Below are positions 50,119-62,470 of a DNA stretch of 64,000 bases, one piece after another. Position 1 is the first letter of the stretch. The number at the start of each line of letters is the position of its first letter. Under the pieces are notes generated by a model that had not been told where the DNA came from, ran no database searches, and was given only the letters and a program-made list of their open reading frames with translations. Origin of the DNA: Lama glama. Its lineage: Eukaryota. The stretch spans positions 33,978,001 through 34,042,000 of the forward strand of contig CM052817.1 of assembly GCA_028534125.1 (NCBI GenBank), in the 5' to 3' direction. Position numbers and translations under genes: made by a program.

Positions 50119-51211
50119 ATATAACGTTTCTCAGGGCTGCTTTATTTATTTAACCAGTTCCCTATTTTCTCATTTTAAAAATTGTTATAACTAGTGCAAA
50201 TAGTGGTTCTTTCTGCATGTAGCTATCTTACTAAGAGTTCTCCAAATTAAATTGAAAAATAGATCATTTTTAAAAATCGATATTGCTAAATGCTTTCTAA
50301 AAGAGTTGTGCCAGTTTGCAGAGTGTGACCGGTGTGCTTCTTTTACTACACTTGTAAAATTATTCAGTATATTTCAAATTAGTCTTGCTATTTTCCCATA
50401 GAATGGATATACATTATTTTTTAACAGCTTTATTGAAGTTTTGCTGTTTTTAATATGTGAAAGGGATGCTTTATTTAAGTTACTAGTTTACTTTTCCTTC
50501 TATATTTTCATGTCCTCTTTTTCCTATTACCTCAATTCGTTTTACCATATAGACATCTTAAAATGTCCATGTATTCAGGTTTATCTTTTATGATTTCTTT
50601 TTTTTCTGCTGTTGCTTCTTAAAGGCCTAGAAAACTATCCCCTTTGTAGAAGTTTGATAGAAGTCAGTTCAGTCGTTTAGGTAAGAGAATGGTTTGATTG
50701 TTAAAATGCTGTCCTTGGTTCATCTGTGGTATATGATGCAATAAGAAGACCTAAGTTTGTTTTTTTTCAAATACTAAATGACATTCTTTCAACATGTTTA
50801 TGGAACACTGGGGCAGTCTTCTGGATTTATGACATCTCCTTATCACACGTACAACTACACTGGGTCTGAGTGTGGGCTAGAAACTATTTAGTTCAGATAC
50901 TTTTTAACCTAATACACATCACGACTGGTAGTTCCAGAAGACTTATAAGATGATGAGAAATCTTTAACAGAGTTGCTTAAGAGACAGAGATGGGAGGATA
51001 AACATCTCCAGTTTGCGTCCTTTCTCACTTTATGACCATGAGTCTCCAAGAGCAAAACAAAATGTAAAATGGCTACTTAAAATTCTTATTTGTCATTGCC
51101 AATGAATACTGGACATCAGTGAATTACATTTATAATCCAAAGATGAAGTTGTGTTGTGTGCCAGGATTTTGTGGGTAACAGTTTCTTTGTATTTCATTCT
51201 GCTGTGACTAG

Positions 51212-51401
51212 ATAAAGGATTCATTAACATCTTCCCTACGATGAACACGACCGTATTTGTCAACGATGGAGAGAATGTGGATCTGGTTGTAGAGTACGAG
51301 GCATATCCCAAGCCTGAACACCGACAGTGGGTGTATATGAACAGAACCTTCACGGATAAGTGGGAAGATTATCCCAAGTCTGAGAACGAAAGTAACATCA
51401 G
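51212..51401 (+). CDS. KIT: KIT exon 6 (D4, first part)
   Basis: Read by hand (absent from the ORF track): acceptor gactag, 190 nt, [64 protein letters not shown], donor GTGAGA. Confidence 0.99.
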
Positions 51402-51849
51402 GTGAGAAGAGGGCTTAGCGCTTGGGCTTACACGCTTCCGCCCGCCCCCCTGACTCTCCGGATCCTGTTTCTGTGACCCATCAGTGTGTGAGAGGACAGC
51501 TGGGACAGAAGGAAGTATGCGGCTACTTTCTGAGCCTTCTTCATTTCATTCTCCTGTGTGTTTGGAGCGCACAGAAAAGCCCATGCCTCAGTGTTCTCAT
51601 TTGTAAACTGGAGGATGAAGTTCTCTCCTAGAATGCTCAAAACAGTGACTGGCATAGACGGGGGACACATTAAATAATTCTCTTCAGAGAAAGAGGAATG
51701 TTAGTGCCTTTAATCATTTTTTTAAAACTATAGGGAAGCTAAGTTTCATTAAGTACCTTTGGGCCGGGCTGTGAACCCAAGTTGCTCTTACATCAGACCT
51801 CTCATTTGATCCCAAGAACATGTATAATGGAAACAGCAGTAGTGACACC

Positions 51850-52060
51850 TCATGGAAGCTGTCTGTGCCTTTTCCTGTTCTAAGTCCCTTCCATGTATTA
51901 ACTCAACAATTTTAGTCCCCACAAACCCTGTGAGGAGGCACTCTGACTTTCCTCATTTCTCAGAAGAGGAATCGGAGACTCAAATGAGTAATTCGTCCAA
52001 GAGCCAAAGGCTAGTGAGAGGTGGGTGCCTAGGTAGAGCTGGCATTTCCTTCTAGTCAGG
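51850..52060 (-). mobile_element. MIR SINE
   Basis: cctcatttctcagaagaggaatcggagactcaaatgagtaattcgtccaag. Confidence 0.7.
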
Positions 52061-53398
52061 AGCTCTTGGCTGTTGTCAGAATGTGGGTGACAGAGGATGC
52101 TGTCCTGGGCCAAGGTCTAAGGGCTGGTGGAAGAGAATGGATTGGGAGGTGTCCAGACTTCCTCCTTAAAGGACTTGGTGATTGAAGGGGTGGGGGAGAG
52201 GCAGGAGGAGTGGAAGATGCTCTCAGGAGTCTGGTTATGGCAGGCACACTGGATGGTGAGAGGCGATACTAGCCGAGCGGGGAGGGGCCAAGACAATGGA
52301 CTCAGCTTGGGGTTTGTTGAATCTGGGGTTGACTGTGGGATCCTGAGTGGAGATATTCATGTAGGACAGACCCTAAGTCAGGTTCCCTAGAAGCAGAGCC
52401 TGAGAGACAGGGCCCCAGGCAAGGGCTTCATTAAAGGAGCAAGAGACCTGGCAGGGAGTGGAGGAGCTGGCTGGGGAGGGAAAAAGAGGAAAGAAAGTAT
52501 GTGGGTGAACGTGGTCTGGTCCCAGGGACACCCTGCACTGAGAGCCATGAAAATAGTTCTGTAGAGCAAGGACGCATAGGTCAGACAGGACTGGACTAGA
52601 GGGCAGGTTGTGAAAGTTGTGAGTGGACAGCCAGTAGTTCAAGGGAGCGTGGATTGCCCAGGGAGCGTGTGCAGTGTGAGAGGGGAGGCCGGACAAGCCA
52701 CCGTGTGAGTCAAGTCTGTTGTGTGGGTCGAGAGCCGGCCAGGGTGCTCCCTCCACACTGGAGCCCACATTGGTAACTCCCCCGATGGTTGGACTGTGTG
52801 CTCAGTCTACACTGCTGTCTCTGGTGGTCCTGGTGTCAAACAGAAGCTTGAATAGCAAATGTTGCAAAGGATACTTGGAAGAAGTACCGGGGTAGGAGGA
52901 AAACCAGGAGATGGTGGTGTTGCAAGAAGGAAGGTGAGGGCAGTGGTATTGGCCTTGCTGCGTGGCCCTGAAGTGTCTGTGTGGAGACACCTACATGTAG
53001 ATGATGGGCAGTCTGGGGTTTTGCCAGGCGAGTGCCAGTAAAGCAGGGCAGGCGAGTTCAGGACACTGGTGAGAGGGAGGTTGAACAGAGGACCAGGGCG
53101 GGGAAGGATGCGGCCGTGGGGACAGCACAGGAAGAGGGAGAGGCTGCCATGTCCGTGAGGTTGCCTTTATGCTGAGAAACCTTGCTCCACTCTATTCTCA
53201 CACGCTAGGTGCTGGTCCCCAGTGAAATATGTGTGTATGTGTGTGTGTTGTATTTTTTAATGTGGTTCTTGCAATTACTGAGTTAAGTGGGGCATATTTT
53301 TCCAAAACGGGCATGTGTTTCCAGGTAGAAACTGACAAAGACACACCCTCCGAGGCTGGCCGTCCCCAGGTGACTGATGAGTTGCCCTTTCTTTGCAG

Positions 53399-53514
53399 AT
53401 ACGTAAGTGAACTTCATCTCACCAGATTAAAAGGGACCGAAGGAGGCACCTACACGTTTCTCGTGTCCAATTCTGATGTCAGTTCTTCCATGACATTTAA
53501 TGTTTACGTGAACA
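53399..53514 (+). CDS. KIT: KIT exon 7 (D4, second part, with homotypic-contact residues R381/E386)
   Basis: Acceptor cccttctttgcag-type tract, 116 nt, [39 protein letters not shown], donor GTGAGT. Confidence 0.99.
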
Positions 53515-56500
53515 GTGAGTAGACCAAATGCCCTCTTATCTTTTTATTTTTTTATTCTTTTAAGTTGTGGCTCGTGTTTGTAACAGCTGCCGCACCGGGT
53601 TCATTGTGTACTGGGTAAATAATGTTTCGTGATAATTTTGACCTTAACAAAGACCTCGTGGTTTGGTGGTTGGAAGAATGTGTACGGAAACCAGTTCCTT
53701 GTCCTACATTTCGCTGGCCACATGACCTGGTAGCTGACGCTCAGATGCTGGGTGCTGCCTTTGAAGTCAACAGAGGAGCCACAGAAGTGAAAAATACTAG
53801 TTCGAGGGAGAGTGTATTGCTATTGATTGTTGAAATGGGAAGCCAGAGGTTGAATAGGAGCTGGATTATGGTATTAGGTGGGAAAGAGATGCTTTCAATT
53901 CCTGATGTGATTTCTTTGTTATGTTGCTTTCTCTTTCGGGGTTGGGGTATTATTTGAGTTTAGATTGTTCTCCCACTGACATGAATGTAGTATTGATCAG
54001 CTCACTGGGTGGGTCGCCACTGCGTCCCATGCAGGGATGTGTAGGGGAAGGGAGCAGGTGTTTTAGGATGGGAGGATGGCGGTGGACGTGAGAACCTGAA
54101 CACCTTAGCCCTGCGTGGCCAGCACCCCACAGTGTCTTGGGGCAGTGTCTCTGCACAGAGGCTGAGGCCCAGGGAGAGTGCTCACCAGCTGGGGCTTTTG
54201 CCAAGGATAGGGTCTGCTCCTGGCTCTACTCCGGGGCTGTCTGCATTTCCCAGGAAGCGCAGCAGGTTCCTGGCACACACACCACACCAGGCAAAGGACC
54301 AGAGACGGGAGGCTTCCAAAGACAAAGAATCCCCAGGGACTGGCCCAGAAAATGACCACTGGAATTAGCCATCCTGGGCATGGGGGGAGCAGGTGAGGTG
54401 ATGACCTGGACCACTCCCTAGAGAGCAGCTTTGCCTGTGTTGGGCAGCAGGATGGGACAGGTCCCTGTCCTCAAGGAGCTGATTATTTGCCATATGGAGT
54501 GGTTTTCCATCACCACCTCACTGATGCTGTGCACACCAGCATGGTGAGGGGAGTGCATGACCCCTTTACAAATGAAGACAAGAAACAGCTAGCGAGTGGC
54601 ATTCAAGACAGTTTTTTGATTGCTAATCTGGAGTCTTTTGTCTATTTCAGCATTTCCCAAATTGTGTTTCCTGAACAAGGCGTTAACATGTAGTTAAATA
54701 AGCGTCGCATCGGCATAAACACTTTTCTGAACTGCGGGCCTGCCCCGCATCCTTAATACACTAACGTGTATTACACCTTCCCAGGGGGAGGCGTGGGATT
54801 GAGTGTACATCTCCGATGTGTATGACCACAGAACTCGAGGGAAACATGTTAATTAACATCTCAGTTCTTTGGAAAGTTTTGATTACATGGTATCTCACTG
54901 GCCCGCAATTCAAATATCTCTAGATTAATTCAGATGTTAATCAGAGGAGCTTAGTGTATCACACATGGGCAAAATTAACCTGCTTCTGAAAAATCTTAAT
55001 GTTCAAGTAATTGAAGAGATCAATATCCTTGCAAGCATCATCTGCATCCTGTCCATACAAAACTTTATTTTGGGTGTTCTAGCGCAGTGCTTCATCCCTG
55101 GTAAAGGACCCTTTGTTTTCCTAGTTTCCAGTTCATTCTGGATCAATACTTACACAGTGAGAACCAGTCACTAGAAAAGTGAGATGGAAAAGAACCAAAG
55201 ATACGTAAAAATCTAAGAATGGATTTTTTTTATTATAGATTCAGCAGATACAATAATTAAATTAAACTGTTCCTTCTAAATGCTTATCTCAGCTTCTGTA
55301 CTTACCTCCTGTGGACCACTACCAACAGATCATGGACAAGGCCTGGCTTTGAGAAGCTTAGTAGTTGGGAATTTTATACGATTGGGTTGCTTGCATTTTT
55401 TCCCTGTCTTCAAAGGATGCATTAAGGTCTGTCTCTTTTCCCCTTTTTCATGCTCCCATTTGCCAGCATATGGTCTGCCAGTTGGTCATGAGTCATCAAC
55501 CTTAGAAGGACATCTCTGAAGTCACCCTTACTTTCCTCTGGGTGACGGAAGTGCTGCCATTTTACTTACCAGCCTAATTTACCACTGGACGGGATCCGTT
55601 TTAATCACCTCTGCTGGTGAACACATGCTTGTTTGAAACTAGACAGGAACTACGGCCTTAACCTTCCCAAATGATCCTTTCTTGGATTCCTTGTTAGCGC
55701 AGGAGGCCTCTGCTCCGGGGGTCTGGGTGCTTAGAGCGCCCAGCACGTGCTGAGCTCCTGCTTCGCGGCACTGAGCACGCAGGTGAGGGTGTGTCGTTTC
55801 TGCCCTCTTGGGTGAATCTCTTCAGGTAGTCTCTTCATCGGTGTCAGTTTATTCCAAACACTAAGCTGATAAAAGCTGTTTATTTCACTTATCTAACCCC
55901 TTGGGTTTCTTGATCTCCAGAGGCTTTGACAGAGGTAGCATTTTTGTATGAAACTTTGATCTGTTTCCTATGAAATAAGTCCCAGCTGATCTTCACAGAT
56001 ATAGTTAGCTAGTTTCTTTGTTGATTTTTATTTCTGGGGCTTGGAAATTCTAATTAATGCTCTCATGATGCCAAGTTTTGTTTTGTTTTGTTTAATGTTA
56101 TATGTTAAAATCAGAAGCTCAAAATAGTTTAAAACTTGGAAGAATTGTGTCCGTTTGACATACCGTGGTTTTAGCTGAGCCAAGTACACATGTAGATCTA
56201 CTGCATGGTTTAGTCTGTAAATAAACTGAGCCCCAAGAATTTTTGCACTCTGCAAAAATTAGAATGAATAAAAATCAGAATAATAATTGCAGACTGTTAG
56301 TGTAGGAAATTCAGGCTGCTTTTACTCAGTGACAGGGACGCGTAATTGCTTAATAGAGTCAACTGTGAGAAATGCTCAGGAAAATCCTTGAATTTGAATA
56401 GTTAAATGTTGGTGGATGAAAAATCCATTTGTTTTGAAAATTCCGCACGTAGATCTGAAGATATTGTGTGTGTTTGTGTTTTAGTCACTTATGTGGGAGA

Positions 56501-57124
56501 CTTTGAGAGAAAAATATGTACTTGTTAAGCTTGAAAATGTTTTAATATGTTTTTAACATCTCTAACAAGCCATGATTTATATGGGTCTGTGAAGTTGACT
56601 CAGTGACATTAAAGGTGGTTTATAATGGCCAAAAAATGAAACAAAAAAATCAGTGATTCTTTACATTGAAGTTGCATTACTATATTTACTCTTGAATTGC
56701 TTATTGGAGACATATATGGAAATCAGATTCTTAGTTCTAAAAAGAAGTTTGATGTCTTCAATGAAAATGACTGTTTCCCATTCAGATCAAAATTGGGAGG
56801 AAAATAGAGGTCTAAGAACTATAAAGCTACCCAAATGTGTTTTCTTTTTTTTTTCTTTTCCAAATGTGTTTTCTTAATAGGCTTTAACTACTCTTTCCAA
56901 AATTCCTGCAGATGTTGGAAAAAAGTGGCATCATCAAGATCCTGTAGGTAGCCTGTGATGCTTGATTAGAAACCTCTGGTCTCTTTGGTTACAATAAATG
57001 TCACACAATAAAGGTTTTTTTTTTTTTCTTCCCACCAGATCCAGGACAAATAAAAGGCCAAACATATATTTTAACCCTAATTACCCACTTGTCTCCTCTT
57101 TATCTGTCTTTCTCATACACACCC

Positions 57125-57440
57125 CCCACATTTTCCTTATCCATTCATCCATTGAAGGAAATTTAGTTTATTTCCATACCTAGGCTATTGTGAATATTAC
57201 TGCAGGGAACATGGTAGTTCTGTTTTTAATGCCTTGAGGAAACTTTAATGCCTTGAGGATATGGATGGATAAGTTTCCATCCATATCCATAATGGGTATA
57301 CCAGTTCACCTTCCCACCAACAGCGTACAAGAGTTCCCTTGCCTCCACATCCTCACCAGCACTTGTTTTCTCCTGTCTTTTTGATAATAGCTATGCTGAC
57401 AGGTGTGAGACGATATCTCACTGTGCTTTTGATTTGCCAG
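57125..57440 (-). mobile_element. Rearranged L1 fragment
   Basis: cacattttccttatccattcatccattga...cccaccaacagcgtacaagagttccc...tttttgataatagc...gatatctcactgtgcttttgatttgc. Confidence 0.85.
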
Positions 57441-58662
57441 TAAACTAAAATGACACTTCAAATGCTATCTGGTTGCATTTCCAGATCAGTATTATGAATT
57501 TAAGATTTGTGGCAAATGATATCTAGGGGCCATACATAGATCCCTCTCCCATCTTGAAGATCTCTCCTTTAATGACAGACCTACCGGCTGAGTGAGAGGC
57601 CAGTGTACTCAGGTGGTGGTACAGGAAGGCTGGTAGGACAGGTAAGGTCTAGGGAACGAAGGGGCTCACCTTTCATCTTCCAGCTTACGAGGAACACAGG
57701 TAATGTTAGGCTCGACTGGATATCCTAATGACTGCTGAACTCTACCAGACTGACTCTCAAAATCACCCAGTTTCCCTCTGTTTATGGCGGAGTGTTAACA
57801 GGGGGTTGGACCAATTTAAGGAGAAGCTAAATAATGTATTATTTCTAAACCACTGCATCATTTAATTGACATCCTGTCTGGTGTAAGCAACTATGTATAG
57901 ATCATACGGTATATACCCAAATCAGTCAAGGTAGTAAATCACCCAGGATGAAGCCTTGTGATGGGAATACTTCCCTTTGACTGCATTTGCAGAATCTGGG
58001 CTGCCTTTTATGTAATTTTGGTCATAGTTAGATACAGTTACAAATGGCTAAACTGTCCTTCCAGGGAGAAGCCACCTTAAGCCACCTTAAGTGCCACATC
58101 CTGCAAATAAAGCACAGAGCAGCCCACCATTTGCTGAAGGTGTGGGTAGACCTGTGAGGACAGCCGTGTAGACAGATGGCTTCAGACGGCCTCCCAGCCA
58201 TCCATCTGGGTCACCCGCTTGGCTGGAAGTCTCAGGGCCTTTATCCAGGCTGAAATAATACCCACGGTGGGCTTGCCTGCAAGGACTGTTCAGTTTGGGG
58301 GTTTGGGACACCTTTCGAGATCCTCATGAGTCCAAGTTACTAGGACTTTGCCTTTTTGGAAGGTGGGAATGTTTTCCTACCTCATAACCTGTTAGCCTTT
58401 CTATTTCCATTTTTTAAAGATGATATAGGACCTTCCAAACGTTTGGGTGTCCAAACCATACGTGGGTTAGAGGCTAAAATTTTTAGACTTACTAGTAACA
58501 CACTAACCAAGTTTTGCTTGAGAAGCTTTGCTTTTTAGTGTTTTTCTGTGTTTTTTTTCCTCTCTTTTTCCCTATTAGATGGGTTCTATTAGATCTACCT
58601 CTGGGTTAAATTATTGGAATGCTGAAACATTAAATGAAGCTAGTGCTAAATAGAACTCCATC

Positions 58663-58797
58663 TTTTTTTTAGAAAACTTGTTTTTGTTTTTTTTGTTTGT
58701 TTGTTTTGGATTTTTTTGTTAGTGGAAGTACTGGGGAATGAACCCAGGGCCTCATGCATGCTAAGCAGCGCTCTACCACTGAGCTATACCCTCCCCC
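58663..58797 (-). mobile_element. Camelid tRNA-derived SINE (Vic-1-like)
   Basis: gtactggggaatgaacccagggcctcatgcatgctaagcagcgctctaccactgagctataccctccccc; TSD agaactcc at 58652 and 58799. Confidence 0.92.
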
Positions 58798-60630
58798 AAG
58801 AACTCCTTTCTGATTTATTTACTTGCTTTTGAGAGTTTGCTATAAGGTTTGTGCAAACATTTGTATGCGTGTGTTTTTAGATGAAAGTAATTTTTTCTTC
58901 TTATAAAAAATGTGAAGAATAGAATAGCTAGAAAATATAAATAAGCAAAAATAAGAATCAAACAAGTTTTAATTGTGCTTTTTAAAGTTTATTTGCATTT
59001 TATGGATTACGAGTGCTAAGATGTCTCTTGATGTGTATTTTTACAGGCCTTTTTTTTCAACTGTTTTTTTTTGGGGGGAGGGACACCAATGAGCTGCTTT
59101 TGCTCACCTTGTTTTGGTGTGGAACAGTGAATGCATTGTAAGCAACTTTCCATGCCATAAAATTTCTTCTACGATATCACTTTGGCATCTCACTGCGTGG
59201 ATGTTTTGTAATTTCTTGAACCCATATCTGATGCCATTTGAGACATTGTGGTATATGAGGTGGGGCTCTGAAATGATGTGACTGAGTTTTTAAAGAAACC
59301 CATCAAACGATTACTTAAAGTTTACAATTATCTTGTTTAATCTGAAGTGAGTGACCTCTCCTGAGTGCCTGGAAGTCAATGAGGTTATCATCTGTCATTA
59401 TCTTTCCTGCTCCTGTGTCTTGAACATATGTCATGGGAGATGTGCTGTGCTGACTCTCAGGACAGTTCCAAATGAAGGAATAATTTTCAGATCTTAGTAT
59501 GGGTAGCTAGTCTATGTAAAAATAGTTGCTTGTCTTTCTACATTAATCTTTTCATAGATAATTTGAGATACTTGACAGTGTCTGAACTCTGGTTTTATTT
59601 TCTCTTCCTGAACTTGAGATGAGTTTTTGTTCTCAAATTGCTTGGGAGTTATGAGTGTTGTTTTTTGATGTGACACTTTAATATCTCCTCCTTATGCAGA
59701 GGATCTTTCTGGATGCAAGAATTGCTATAGACATTTAAGTTGAAAGAAAAAAGGGGTATCATGGCAACCTACTTCCAGAGTAGGATTTGATTCTCTTATA
59801 TTCTGAAAAGATTTTAGGAAATGTGTTGGCATCATTTTTTCTTCATGTCTCATAAGAGGTCTGGTGGGGTCTGTTGCTAATTGGGGGATCTATTTAAATG
59901 CTGACCCTTTGGAGGGCAGGGTAACCTGTCTGGATCCTTAGGCCCTTTGTTGGTGTGGTCTGGCCATTGTTTCATGTCTGTGGTGGAAAAGCAGGAGGAA
60001 AAAACCTAGGTATATAACCATGTAAATCTTTGGCGAGACTTGACCCTGGACCTGGGACATACTTTTCTAAAAATAGCATGAGTAGTCCCTTTCACATTAG
60101 TGGAACTTCTACTCTGTCGAGATCTCCTTTCCAATTGAGCCACATGTGTTTTTACATCAAATTAGCCCCCTTCGTTTGCAAATGTATACAGTGTCACCTA
60201 TAATTTAGTGGAAATTTAAATTCATCCAAGAGTAGGTACATAATTTTTCCATGGACATTGTGTCAGTAACTCTTCTCCATTTCTGAATTAGGAGGCAAAA
60301 TGAATTCGCTACTTTGACAGAGTAGAAAAATACACCATTTTATCACATGCCTGCACCCCTTGGCAGCAAGCAGAGTTGCATTGTGATGTGTGTGCGTATT
60401 CCCCCTTCCCTGTCTGCATCGCCCGACAAGGGTACTCGTATAAATTGAGCACCGTGATTCTGGCTGAGGAAGCCTTTCTCCAGGTACTTTCGTCATTTAA
60501 AAAAAACTGACTTTCAGGATTAGAAGATCTTTTTGATGGTTGTTTAGAACAGAGACTGGCAGACCATAACCCTTTGGCCAGATTTGACAGGTATCCTATT
60601 TTTGAATGGTCCATAAACTAAGAATTAATT

Positions 60631-60675
60631 CCTTTTTCCTTTCCTTTTCCTTTTCCCTTTCTTTTCCTTTCTTTC
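60631..60675. repeat. Degenerate (TTTTCC)n polypyrimidine tract
   Basis: Direct reading. Confidence 0.85.
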
Positions 60676-60739
60676 AGAGGTGGGAGGAAATGGTTGAAAA
60701 AAATCAGATTTTGTGAGAAGTGAATATAAATGCCAAGTT

Positions 60740-60895
60740 TCAGTGTCCATAAATAAAGTTTTATTGGAACACAGCTATGCACATTTGCTCACACTGCTAT
60801 GGCTATGTTTGTGGTGTAATGGCAGCATCGAGTATTTATGAGAGAGACTCGTATTTACTGTCTCATTCTTTACATTGCAAGTTTGCTTACCCCTC
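60740..60895. mobile_element. MER58-like hAT-Charlie fragment
   Basis: taaataaagttttattggaacacagc...aagtttgcttacccct. Confidence 0.75.
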
Positions 60896-62142
60896 ATTTA
60901 GAACATCTCTTCATTTTTACAATGATAGACACTCTGCTAAACATAGGCAGGTGCAGGAGACTGTAGTTGAAGTTTTGTTGTGTTTGTTAACCAAATTTCT
61001 ATGAAAGTGCCCATATGCCAGTTTCTGGGTATCTTTAAGAATATATAAACCAAAATGCATTTCCTGTAATAATAGCTATTCTGGGGATTTTTGAAAAGTA
61101 CGATATTCCTTTTATAAGTAAAAGTTAACTTGAGCTTTTTTTTTTTCCTTCTGTTTTAGTTGATTTCAATTCCTTTATTATAACGATACTATGGCAGGAA
61201 TGTGGATTTGACTCAGACCCAAAAAAGGATAGTGACGAATTGCTACTAAGTATTGCTCTATTGCCATTGAATCTCATCAGATCTACAATCATAAAAACAA
61301 ATTTATCCTTATGATCCCCCTTCATTTAGTCTTCTGTTATATGCAGACTTACGTCTGTGTTCTTTGCTGATTATATAGTGTGGTCAAACGTGCATTTGTA
61401 GCAGGAGTTGGTAGAGGTGGTTAGGGTGAGTAAACAGTTGTACACAGAGCTTCCCCCATTACTTGGGTACCTCTTCCCACCACGCACTCCCAGCTCCTAT
61501 TATCTGTACTGTGTTCTTTAAAATCTGATTTGTTCTTGCCTTCCTTATGGACTTGATGGTGGTGAAATAATTTTTTTTTAAGATCACATATCTGTGGGGG
61601 TAAATCAGCAAATGGTTGGGATTTTTAATTGCATGAGCAATAAATTCTCAGAAGGGTTATAATTATAAGTACTCTGAAATCTGCCACAGGCTGATCCGTG
61701 TTGTTGGAGACACCAGAATGACTCAGGTCCACGGCACGTTGAAAGGAGACGAGGCTGTTTTTTATCTCCACAGGAAATACATAACTTATACACCTCTTAG
61801 GCTTATCTAAACCTCCAACTTGGGAGGAATTAGGGAATGTGTCATTTGGTGTACTGCTGATTGCAGAATATCTAAGAAAACACAGCTCAGATTTAACCTG
61901 GAGAATTGCAGGGAGTTAGGAATCTTTAAAAGCAAAATGTATATTTAATGACTTAGACGGTGCATTGAGGCACTTAGAAAATGCAGATGAGCCCAGATTT
62001 TCATTTTTAGGAATCAGAATTAAACCTAGCTCATTCTTTATGCATTAAACATTTTCCTAGTGCAACTTGCCACGTACAGCCCAAACTGTACTCGTGTAAT
62101 TTATCCTTTTCAGAATGAGGTCCTGGTCACCAGTGTTAGGGA

Positions 62143-62313
62143 CAGGGCTGGAATTCGGATGAGGCAAGAGAGTTGCCTAGGGCGTAAAATTCAAGGAGGG
62201 GCTCAATCACGGTGCTAGCCTATATTTGCAATACCTCGAAGGTGGGTGGGTGCCTTCTTAATTCCTCGCCCTAGATGCTTTTCTTTGCCTCACCTTAGTA
62301 AGGTAAGGCTCTG
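62143..62313. mobile_element. MER96-like palindromic MITE (hAT)
   Basis: Self-complementary arms: tgaggcaa/ttgcctca, ctagggcg/cgccctag, ends cagggc...gctctg. Confidence 0.75.
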
Positions 62314-62319
62314 ATAGGG

Positions 62320-62470
62320 TCCCTTGAAGATTCTCTAAAAAAGCCCATTGCTGGCTAAGATCCTCAGCTTACTAAATCTCCAGGGGCTGGCGGGGGGGCA
62401 GCAGGAATGTGCATTTTAACCTCTTCTCTTAGTGCTTCAAATGCTCATCGAAGTTTGAGGGACCTTCTGC
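62320..62470. mobile_element. MER5-like fragment
   Basis: caggaatgtgcattttaac...aagtttgaggga. Confidence 0.55.

Larger units (their letters stand above)
5152..53514 (+). other. KIT: KIT gene, coding exons 1-7 (partial; intron 7 runs off the window)
   Basis: Seven exons splice in frame (1231 nt, 410 codons) with GT-AG boundaries. The translation matches the KIT signal peptide and Ig domains D1-D4, and exon lengths equal those I recall for human KIT. Confidence 0.99.

Noticed and set aside
49959..50153. Poly-tyrosine ORF
   Set aside because: Translation of a (TTA)n microsatellite
54846..54859. 14-bp palindrome ATGTTAATTAACAT (also CAGCACGTGCTG at 55741-55752)
   Set aside because: A few palindromes of this length are expected by chance in 64 kb; no supporting context
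62143..62313. Long imperfect hairpin as a candidate miRNA or structured RNA
   Set aside because: Explained by a palindromic MER96-like MITE; arms are heavily decayed
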